Origin: Clostridia bacterium
GTDB taxonomy: Bacteria; Bacillota; Clostridia; UBA1212; UBA1255
DNA length: 64,000 bases
Direction: 5' to 3'
Assembly (NCBI GenBank): GCA_045546695.1
Contig: JAZQDE010000052.1
Span: forward strand, 797-64,796
A program made the position numbers and the translations under genes. The stretch's first letter is position 1; each line of letters opens with the position of its first letter. Below are positions 31,170-39,542 of this stretch, piece after piece. Below the pieces are notes generated by a model that searched no databases, was not told where the DNA came from, and saw only the letters and a list, made by a program, of their open reading frames with translations.

Positions 31170-31772
31170 TTATTCCAGTTCATCCAAAGTAAGTTCAAAG
31201 CTGCCTGTGAAATGTTCGAGGAAATACTCAAGCGCCGGCAAATCCATTTCCTTAAGATTGGCATAGATAGACTCTTTTGCCTTTGAAAATTCTTTATTGC
31301 CTGCCTTTACTTCTTCTACGCATTTTAAGTATGCGCTGAGTTTGTCTGCAGCTTTTACAATCGGATAATACGCAGGGTCGCATTCTTCATAGAATAAAAT
31401 CCCTCTGTAAAAATCTCCCATATCATCCGGAAGCATCGATAAAAGCTTATCTTTGGATATATCTTCTATTTTATGGTAGTGTTCTTTAATCACCGGATTA
31501 TAATACTTGATCGGTGTCGGCATATCGCCTGTAATTATCTCATTTGCATCGTGAAAAATAGCGTAGACGCATGCTTTTGAAGGGTCAAGCTGTTTTTCAG
31601 GTGCGTCCTGATTGAGTTTGTTGTGGATGTAGCAAAGTGCGTGAGAAAGCACAGCCACCTGAAGGCTGTGTTCCTGTATATTTTCACTTACAGTATTGCG
31701 CATAAGTCCCCAGCGCATGATATATTTCATACGACTGATATATGCATAAAAATTAAACTGTTCTCCACTCAT
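31170..31772 (-). CDS. yfbR: 5'-deoxynucleotidase, HD domain
   Basis: RMKYIMRWGLMRN..ENIQEHS, FHDANEIITGDMPTPIKY and VKAADKLSAYLKC; ATGA overlap with the upstream gene. Confidence 0.88.
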   Translation of the reverse strand: MSGEQFNFYAYISRMKYIMRWGLMRNTVSENIQEHSLQVAVLSHALCYIHNKLNQDAPEKQLDPSKACVYAIFHDANEIITGDMPTPIKYYNPVIKEHYHKIEDISKDKLLSMLPDDMGDFYRGILFYEECDPAYYPIVKAADKLSAYLKCVEEVKAGNKEFSKAKESIYANLKEMDLPALEYFLEHFTGSFELTLDELE

Positions 31773-32935
31773 ATCCAATACATATCCTCAAATGCTTTTA
31801 AGGCATAACCATCTGTCATACCTGCTATATAATCAACTACGATTTGTTCGGGAAGGTCATTCTCGTCGTAGTTTTTGTCAATAATATATTCAGCAAGTTT
31901 TGCTTTGATCTTGTTATCAGAATTCTTTGCGCGGCCGAGTACCTTGCTGTCTGAATAGTCAATATCGCGAACCTGCTCGTAAAGTTTTTCGAAAAGACCC
32001 TCAACAACATTATTTGTGTTGCTCTCGTATCTTTTTATCATCGGAGCGCTGTAAATAAGCTTGTTGTTTGTCTTTATCATCTCGCTGAGTGCCTGTGCTT
32101 TTGCTTCACTCAGTCTGATATAGTCTGTGCCATAGCTGTTTTCTATAAGATCCTCTACCAATGTTGAAATAATCTTTCCGTTTGTCTGGCCGAGTTCTTT
32201 TCTTATATCGCGTGAAATATCTGTATACGCAAGCATTTTCGCTCTTACTGCATCTTCTATATCTCTGCCTACGTATGCAATTTTGTCGACGATTCTTACA
32301 ACACATGCCTCCATTGTGTATGGCATACAATACCGGTGGCTTGTTGTATAAATCTTTTCAGGATCTTTGTTCTTGTCTGCAGTCAGTATGTATTCATCGT
32401 AATTTTCACCACAATGACTTACGATACCGTCGCGTACCTCATAAGTAAGATTGAGGCCGCATTTTTCATTGATTTTCTCGTGTGATATCCTTGTGGACAA
32501 TCTGTCTACCACTCTCAGGCTGTGGTATTCGTGCTTGAAAGTAAGCTCCGGATTTATGCTGTTTACGCATCTGGATAAAGCACGTTCGCCGCTGTGGCCG
32601 AAGGGCGCATGACCGAGGTCATGGCCCAGGGCGATAGCTGTAATTAAGTCCTGATTGAGTCCAAGTGTTCTTCCGATCGTATTTGAAATAGCATTTACAT
32701 ATAAAACGTGTTCCATTCTTGTACAGATATGATCGTTCTTTGCGTTGAAAAACACTTGTGTCTTGTGTCTTAAGCGTCTGAATTCTTCGGAATATAAGAT
32801 TCTGTCTGCATCACGCTCGTAGTCTGAACGGATATGGCAAGGTTCTTCGTAGAACTTGCGTCCCAGACTGTCAGCCGATCTCATTGCATTTTTTGCAAGC
32901 TGTTCTTCTTGCTTTAATCTTATATCCGACCACAT
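31769..32935 (-). CDS. dgt: dGTP triphosphohydrolase-like HD protein
   Basis: RDADRILYSEEFRRLRHKTQVF, TRMEH, HDLGHAPFGHSGE, DKIAYVGRDIEDA and DYIAGMTD. Confidence 0.88.
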   Translation of the reverse strand: MWSDIRLKQEEQLAKNAMRSADSLGRKFYEEPCHIRSDYERDADRILYSEEFRRLRHKTQVFFNAKNDHICTRMEHVLYVNAISNTIGRTLGLNQDLITAIALGHDLGHAPFGHSGERALSRCVNSINPELTFKHEYHSLRVVDRLSTRISHEKINEKCGLNLTYEVRDGIVSHCGENYDEYILTADKNKDPEKIYTTSHRYCMPYTMEACVVRIVDKIAYVGRDIEDAVRAKMLAYTDISRDIRKELGQTNGKIISTLVEDLIENSYGTDYIRLSEAKAQALSEMIKTNNKLIYSAPMIKRYESNTNNVVEGLFEKLYEQVRDIDYSDSKVLGRAKNSDNKIKAKLAEYIIDKNYDENDLPEQIVVDYIAGMTDGYALKAFEDMYWI

Positions 32936-32936
32936 A

Positions 32937-33902
32937 TTACGCCCACCACATTTCTCCTGCATTTTCAAAAATAAGTACGTCTTTTAAGAATGCGATTGCC
33001 TTCTGGAGGCCTTCTTCTGCAGACATGAGTGCATCTTCGTGTTCGATGCTGATAACGTCATCATAACCTACTGTCTTGAGCATGCTGATGATGTCTTTCC
33101 ATACTCCGATATCGTGGCCGTAGCCCATTGTACGGAATACCCATGATCTGTTTGCGATGTCGCCATAGCTCTTTGTATCAAGAACACCATTCTTTGCTAC
33201 GTTCGGATTGTCAAGTCGTACATCTTTGCCATGTACAAAGTAAATAGCGTCACCGAGAGTACGGATAGCTTCTACAGGATCGATACCCTGCCAGAAAAGG
33301 TGGCTCGGGTCAAAGTTTGCACCGATGATGTCGCCTACTGCAGCACGCAGTTTAAGCAGTGTCTCAGGGTTGTATACGCAGAAGCCGGGATGCATTTCGA
33401 AGCAGATCTTCTTTATGCCGTGCTCTTTTGCAAACTTTGCTGTTTTTTTCCAGTAAGGGATAAGAACTTTTTTCCACTGATAATCAAGAATCTCAAGATA
33501 ATCATTAGGCCATGCGCATGTAACCCAGTTAGGATTCTTTGACTTCGGGCAGTCACCGGGGCAACCGGAGAAACCTACGATACGGTCAACGCCGAGCTTT
33601 TCAGCAAGAAGAATTGTATTTATAAAGTCATTGTGAAAAGCAGCTGCAATCTCTTTGTTAGGATGTACAGGGTTGCCGTGGCAGCTAAGTGCGCTTATTT
33701 CAAGGCCGTTGTCAGCAATTGTCTTTTTGAAATCTTCTAAAGCTGCAGGATCATTCAATAATACCTCCGGTTTGCAATGTGCATTACCCGGATATCCGCC
33801 GCAGCCGATCTCAACTGCCTGAACACCTGAATCTGCCAGGTATTTCATGGCTTTTTTGAATTCCATATCTTGTAATACTACAGTTAAAACACCTAATTTC
33901 AT
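32937..33902 (-). CDS. Sugar-phosphate isomerase/epimerase (AP-endonuclease-2 TIM barrel, IolE/IolI-like)
   Basis: AVEIGCGG, LSCHGNP, FEMHPG, NFDPSHLFWQG, VHGKD and ISIEHED. Confidence 0.85.
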   Translation of the reverse strand: MKLGVLTVVLQDMEFKKAMKYLADSGVQAVEIGCGGYPGNAHCKPEVLLNDPAALEDFKKTIADNGLEISALSCHGNPVHPNKEIAAAFHNDFINTILLAEKLGVDRIVGFSGCPGDCPKSKNPNWVTCAWPNDYLEILDYQWKKVLIPYWKKTAKFAKEHGIKKICFEMHPGFCVYNPETLLKLRAAVGDIIGANFDPSHLFWQGIDPVEAIRTLGDAIYFVHGKDVRLDNPNVAKNGVLDTKSYGDIANRSWVFRTMGYGHDIGVWKDIISMLKTVGYDDVISIEHEDALMSAEEGLQKAIAFLKDVLIFENAGEMWWA

Positions 33903-33917
33903 ATTGAATCCTCCAAC

Positions 33918-35031
33918 TTATTTATTTTTATTGTACTCGAAGGCAAGATAGCTGTTTATAAAGCCATCGATGCCGCCGTCCATTACTTTTGTGATGTTAC
34001 CTTCTTCGTAACCTGTACGTCTGTCGTTTACGAGTGTGTATGGACAGAATACGTATGACCTTATCTGGCTGCCCCATGCAATTTCCATCTGAACACCCTT
34101 AAGATCTGATATCTTTTCAACGTTTTCACGCTGCTTTGCTTCAAAGAGTTTTGAACGGAGCATTTTCATTGCGCGCTCTTTGTTTTGAAGCTGTGAACGT
34201 TCGTTCTGGCAGGCAACTGTGATACCTGTAGGTTTGTGAACGATTCTTACGGCTGAGTCAGTCTTGTTGATATGCTGACCGCCTGCACCACTTGATCTGT
34301 ATGTGCCGATTTCGAGGTCTTCAGGTCTGATATCAATTTCGATATCATCGTCAATTTCCGGAAGAAGCTCTACTGAAACAAATGACGTGTGGCGTCTGCC
34401 GGCTGAGTCAAATGGTGAAATACGTACAAGACGATGTACGCCATGCTCGCTCTTTAAAAAGCCGTAAGCGTTGTCACCTTCGAAACGTATAACTGCACTC
34501 TTGAGACCTGCTTCATCGCCGTCGAGATATTCAACAACCTCAACCTTGTAATCGTGATCCTCTCCCCAGCGCATATACATACGCATAAGCATAGAAGCCC
34601 AATCCTGAGATTCTGTACCACCTGCTCCGGGGTGAATACTCATGATGGCGTTATTCGCATCGTATTCGCCGCTGAGCAGCGTCTCAAGTCTGAGCATCGT
34701 AAATGCCGATTTGAAAGCCTCTATCTCTGCCTGTACCAACTCTACTGCACTCGTATCATTTTCTTCGTTTGCAAGCATGATAGTAAGCTGAATTTCTTCA
34801 TATTTGTTTTCCAGCTCTGTGAATTTTTCAATCTTTGTTTTAAGCTGTTTTAAGTGTCTGAGTGTCTTTTGTGACTCCTTCTGGTCATCCCAGAAACCGG
34901 GCTCTGAAGCTTTTGCTTCTAATTCACCGATTAACTTCTTGATGCCATCTGTGTCAAAGTGAATCCCTCAGTTCGTTTAAGTTTTTTAATAAACTGTCAA
35001 GTTCTAAAGAGAACTGGTCAAGTTCAAACAT
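33918..35031 (-). CDS. prfB: Peptide chain release factor 2 with programmed +1 frameshift
   Basis: The short first frame MFELDQ...ELRDSL ends at CTT-TGA-C (34959-34953). The second frame has GGTESQDWA, SPF and SSGAGGQHINKT. Confidence 0.96.
34953..34968 (-). promoter_or_regulatory. prfB +1 frameshift signal
   Basis: AGGGATTCA-CTT-TGA-C: an internal SD-like AGGG 5' of the CUU UGA C slippery site. Confidence 0.93.
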
Positions 35032-35107
35032 TTTCATCAACTCCTCAAATTAATATAATACCACTAATCTTCATAAAATAAAACCGATAAAAACGGAAAA
35101 TTTATTT

Positions 35108-35836
35108 TTAATCATTATTTGCCGCTTCAAGCAGTTTGTTTACTTCGTCTGGCGTCAGTCTGCGCCATTTTCCCGGCTTCAGGTCCTCTAAACGCAGAGT
35201 GCCATAAGATATTCTGTGAAGGCTTTTTACGCTGTGACCTACTCTATCGAGCATTCGTCTTACCTGTCTGTTGCGACCTTCACGGATAGAGACTTCAACG
35301 ATTGCATTTTCACCTTTGTATCCAACAACGTCGAGTACAGCAGGCAGCGTCTTGCCATCATCGAGCAAAATGCCGTTTGCAAAATGCTTTACGTCTGATT
35401 CATCGGGCACACCTCGTACCACTGCCCTGTACGTTTTCCATATTTCGGAAGACGGATGTGTGACCTTCTGCATAAAGTCGCCGTCGTTTGTCAGAATCAG
35501 GAGTCCGGTCGTGTCGTAGTCAAGTCTGCCGACAGGATACAACCTTGCATCAATCCCTTCTACAAGCGACACGACGCATTCCCTGCCCCTGTCGTCCTTA
35601 ACTGAGGACAGGTAGCCCTCCGGCTTATTGAGCAGAATGTAGTGCTTGTTCTTCTCAGGCTTTATTACAACATTATCTACTTTAACAACATCTTTTGGGT
35701 GCTGAACTTTCGTGCCGGGCTCCGTCACAATCTCGTTGTTGACTGCCACCCTGCCTTCCGCAATTATCTTTTCACTTTCTCTTCTTGAGGCAACGCCGCA
35801 TATTGCCATAAATTTCTGAAGTCTCATTTCTTCCAT
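35108..35836 (-). CDS. rluB: rRNA pseudouridine synthase (RsuA/RluB family)
   Basis: S4 domain RLQKFMAICGVASRRESE; LNKPEG, PVGRLDYDTTGLL and EGRNRQVRRM. Confidence 0.88.
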   Translation of the reverse strand: MEEMRLQKFMAICGVASRRESEKIIAEGRVAVNNEIVTEPGTKVQHPKDVVKVDNVVIKPEKNKHYILLNKPEGYLSSVKDDRGRECVVSLVEGIDARLYPVGRLDYDTTGLLILTNDGDFMQKVTHPSSEIWKTYRAVVRGVPDESDVKHFANGILLDDGKTLPAVLDVVGYKGENAIVEVSIREGRNRQVRRMLDRVGHSVKSLHRISYGTLRLEDLKPGKWRRLTPDEVNKLLEAANND

Positions 35837-35859
35837 AAAATCACCTTTTTTCTTTTGCA

Positions 35860-38800
35860 TTAAATCACGACGATCTTGTCGTATCTTAAAAAGTACAATA
35901 TCTTTTCAGGCTGTTTGCCTGTAATTTCATATAAACATTTTGCATATTCCGTAAGCTGCACGCTATATTGTTTCGCATAATCGCGAATATCATCCTCTGA
36001 CGGGTTATTCTTCACGAAGTCACTTTTGAAGTCTATAAGCGTTATCTTACCGGCTTCTTCAATAACACAGTCTATTATACCTTGTAACGTCACCTGCTGT
36101 CCATTCAAAACTGTTTTCATGGTAAAAGGCTTTTCACGCACCATTTTATCTGCGTTGGCAATTTTTTTTGCGAAGTCGGACAAAATAAATTTCTGAAGAA
36201 TTTCTTTCTGAATAGCCCCTGCGTCCTGAGTGTTTATAAGACGTGCATCCGTCAATTCCATAATCAACTCATCAATATATTCCGGAGCCATTTTTCCAGG
36301 TTCTTCTGACATATTAATATCTTTTACAGCGTTGTAGTCCATTTTCTGTAAACAAAGATGTAATAATGTTCCTTGATTTTTGCCTGTTACAGACTCTGTT
36401 TTTTCTTGTGAAAAGTCCGGAATCTCCTGCATTTCACAGTTTATTTCAGGCAGATGGACCGTGTTTTCATCCTCAAACGCCTCCATAAGGCGTTTCACCT
36501 CAGTGACAGATATTTTTGACGGAAGTTCTTTTGATGTTTTTTTCGCATCAACGATATTTTCACCGGTATACTCAGGCATCCGTGGCAGAAAAGCGACCTG
36601 CACAGGCATCTCATCGTATACCTCTGCGTCATCTTCTATATCGGCCTGCGCATCATCCTCAGAAGCAAGAACCTGATGCAAAACATCTTTATCTTCGTCG
36701 TTTCGTCCGCAATAATACATTGCAAGCCAGTCAAGATAGCTCATCGCATTGAGAATGTGATAATCAAGAGGCCTACCGGTAATCACGTTTCTCTTTTCAG
36801 ATGAGTCGCGTGAAAAGTCCTCAAACGTCTTGGTTGTCTTGCCCGTTATAATAAGCTTATCCTTTGCGCGCGTCATAGCAACGTACAGTATACGCATTTC
36901 TTCGGCTCTGTAGTCGCGGTGAGAACGTTGTTTTATACACTCTTTCATAATAGACGGGTACGTTATTTTTGTGTTCTCATCCTGCTCGTAACACGTAGGA
37001 CCATAACCCAGACTGCTATGGACAACCATTTTAGCATCCAGGTCCCTGAGATTGAAGTTTTTGCCTGTATCTGCAAGAAATACAACCGGATATTCAAGGC
37101 CCTTACTCTTATGAACGGAGATAATATTGACACAGTCGCCGCCGGCGCTGCTTCCTCCGCTGCTGAGATCAAGTTTTCTTTTTTTAAGAAGCTCATAATA
37201 TGAAATAAAGCCATACAGCCCTTTTCCCGTATTCTTATCGTAATTAATCGCATTATTTATCAATATGTTTATGTTGCTTCTGTACTCATATCCGTCCGGT
37301 TCTGCGAGCAAAATATCGTAGAAGTTATTTTCGTGCAAAATAAGCCACATCAATGAAGATACCGTCATAGCATCGGCCCTGGACCTTATATTGTTATATC
37401 TTTCAAGAATAGCTGCAATTTTTCCGCCGTGTTTTTCTGCATAGTATTCACATGCCCCGTAAAAATATTGTTCGCCTCGTTTTATTCCGACCGTCGCCAC
37501 GTTCTGAGTATAATAAATGTTAATCTCTGCCAGTTCGCTGTCAGTAACACCGTATATATTGCGGAGAACGGAGACGAAGTGCATATCCTGCAAGGGATTG
37601 TCAATGATACGAAGAAACGACATAATCACGTTTATTTCACCGCAATCAAAGAATCCGCCGTCAATATGGTAGTATACGGGAATCCCTTCGTCAGCCAAAG
37701 CTTTTGCATAATCCTGAGCTTTATTTGCAAAACTTCTGAGAAGAATAACGATGTCTGAATACTTAACGTCTGTAAGCTGACCGGTCTTAAGATTCATAAT
37801 CTGATATTTTTCATCAACAAGTTGTCTGATTTTTTTTGCAACAAACTGCATTTCGGTGATATTGCTGTTTTTATCTATTAAATGTAATTCAACAGCATCA
37901 TTTTCATTTTTGCCGTCAAAGCCTGTTGCTCCGTAATTCAGACATTCCTTCTCCGTATAATCCATCGAGCATGTCGTTTCATTCATTATATTTGTGAAAA
38001 CGTGGTTTACGCTGTCAACAACGCCCTTTGAGCTTCTGAAGTTTTTGTTCAGAAGCAAAAGAGTGCCGTATTCATCATTTTTCTTGTCATATTCCTTGTA
38101 TTTGCGGATGAAAATATCAGGCCTTGCCTGTCTGAAGGAGTATATACTTTGCTTTACGTCGCCTACCATGAACATATTGGTCTGATTGCGGGAAATAGTG
38201 GTAAGAATTGCCTCCTGTATCTCGCTTGTATCCTGATATTCATCAATGTAGATTTCATCAAACAATTCCCTGTAATACTCGCATACAGTGGGATTGTTCA
38301 TCAGTGTTTCATATGCAATATGTTCAAAATCATTAAAATCTATATAGTTTCTTTTCTTTTTTTCTTCTTTATGAGCTTCCATCAGTTCAATTACTATCTG
38401 TGAAAGCATTTTCATTTCTTCATAGAGTAATTTCATCTCATCAACTGGCATTGAAGCACACGTGCCGAATTTATCCTTGAGCAGAGACAATACGTTCGTT
38501 TTTATCTTGTCTCTTTTCGCTTTAACCCGTACGCAAATGTCTACTTCTTCTTCAGACATTGTTGATTTGATTTTTGAGCTGAGAGTTGGTGCCTTTGCAA
38601 ACGAAACTGTTTGTGCAGCATCATACAACGACTGCCATTCCGATTTGCAGGCAGTAAGGATGTTGTAAAACGCGTTAAGACTGTCAATATCTGACGACAG
38701 CATAGCCTCGTAAAAATTACCGCCGTTGTCTATTGCATAATCTCTCAGTCTTACGTACTCATTCTGATAAGCCTGTATTGCTAAAGTTGTATTATCTATA

Positions 38801-39444
38801 ATATTCTCTGCCCATTTTGTTTCACAAAAATCATTGATTTTCGTGCAATCATAACGTTCGTATTGTTCTTCTAACCATTTTCCGGGATTCACGCATGAAT
38901 TTGCCACGCGTTCTATATTAAAAATTGTCTCTCTTAAATTTTTATCTGAGTTATATCTTCCGTATATATCCAGAAGTCGTCTGAATGTCGGGTTGTATTC
39001 CTCGTAATATCCTGACAGAACTTTATCAAGACATTCTTCTTTAATAATTTCGTTCTCTTTTTCTTCTACAACTCCAGCGGCCGGATCAACGCCGCTTTCT
39101 TTAAAGTTGTTTTTTATTACTTTCTGGCAAAAAGAGTGTACAGTAGTTATGTTTGCGGAGGATAAAAGAATAATCTCCCTGGTCAGCCGTTCTTTTCTAC
39201 TCTGACTTATTCCCTCTTCCTGCAACGCTTCAGACAGCTTATTATAGAGCCTTACGCTCATTTCTTTGGCGGCTGCATTTGTAAACGTTACCACCAGAAG
39301 TTTATCAACGTCAGTCTGTTCGGTAATTATTCTGAAAATTCTTTCGACAAGAACAGCTGTCTTACCCGAGCCTGCAGCTGCCGCTACCAGCATGTTTTTA
39401 CCACGTGTTTCAATTGCTTTACTTTGTTCTTCTGTCCATTTCAC
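35860..39444 (-). CDS. addA: ATP-dependent helicase/nuclease subunit A
   Basis: AAAGSGKT, VTFTNAAA, IDEYQD, QSIYSFRQA, HKSKGLEY, LYVAMTRAK and C-terminal nuclease GIID..IDFKSD. Confidence 0.93.
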   Translation of the reverse strand: MKWTEEQSKAIETRGKNMLVAAAAGSGKTAVLVERIFRIITEQTDVDKLLVVTFTNAAAKEMSVRLYNKLSEALQEEGISQSRKERLTREIILLSSANITTVHSFCQKVIKNNFKESGVDPAAGVVEEKENEIIKEECLDKVLSGYYEEYNPTFRRLLDIYGRYNSDKNLRETIFNIERVANSCVNPGKWLEEQYERYDCTKINDFCETKWAENIIDNTTLAIQAYQNEYVRLRDYAIDNGGNFYEAMLSSDIDSLNAFYNILTACKSEWQSLYDAAQTVSFAKAPTLSSKIKSTMSEEEVDICVRVKAKRDKIKTNVLSLLKDKFGTCASMPVDEMKLLYEEMKMLSQIVIELMEAHKEEKKKRNYIDFNDFEHIAYETLMNNPTVCEYYRELFDEIYIDEYQDTSEIQEAILTTISRNQTNMFMVGDVKQSIYSFRQARPDIFIRKYKEYDKKNDEYGTLLLLNKNFRSSKGVVDSVNHVFTNIMNETTCSMDYTEKECLNYGATGFDGKNENDAVELHLIDKNSNITEMQFVAKKIRQLVDEKYQIMNLKTGQLTDVKYSDIVILLRSFANKAQDYAKALADEGIPVYYHIDGGFFDCGEINVIMSFLRIIDNPLQDMHFVSVLRNIYGVTDSELAEINIYYTQNVATVGIKRGEQYFYGACEYYAEKHGGKIAAILERYNNIRSRADAMTVSSLMWLILHENNFYDILLAEPDGYEYRSNINILINNAINYDKNTGKGLYGFISYYELLKKRKLDLSSGGSSAGGDCVNIISVHKSKGLEYPVVFLADTGKNFNLRDLDAKMVVHSSLGYGPTCYEQDENTKITYPSIMKECIKQRSHRDYRAEEMRILYVAMTRAKDKLIITGKTTKTFEDFSRDSSEKRNVITGRPLDYHILNAMSYLDWLAMYYCGRNDEDKDVLHQVLASEDDAQADIEDDAEVYDEMPVQVAFLPRMPEYTGENIVDAKKTSKELPSKISVTEVKRLMEAFEDENTVHLPEINCEMQEIPDFSQEKTESVTGKNQGTLLHLCLQKMDYNAVKDINMSEEPGKMAPEYIDELIMELTDARLINTQDAGAIQKEILQKFILSDFAKKIANADKMVREKPFTMKTVLNGQQVTLQGIIDCVIEEAGKITLIDFKSDFVKNNPSEDDIRDYAKQYSVQLTEYAKCLYEITGKQPEKILYFLRYDKIVVI

Positions 39445-39474
39445 AACGATCAGTATCCTTTTCTTAAAACACCT

Positions 39475-39506
39475 GCGGAGAAGATACCAAAAGATACCTT
39501 CTCCGT
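39475..39506 (-). terminator. Hairpin (weak U-tract) between the GH99-like gene and addA
   Basis: ACGGAGAAGGTATC-TTTT-GGTATCTTCTCCGC on the minus strand. Confidence 0.45.
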
Positions 39507-39542
39507 AACCTTTTCATTAAAATATTTTATTCAGATAAAATG

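Noticed and set aside
31769-32935. dGTPase as a dedicated anti-phage system
   Set aside because: It is embedded among prfB and secA housekeeping genes with no neighbouring defence or mobility genes.
33918-34778. prfB as a truncated pseudogene
   Set aside because: The break is the canonical programmed +1 frameshift.
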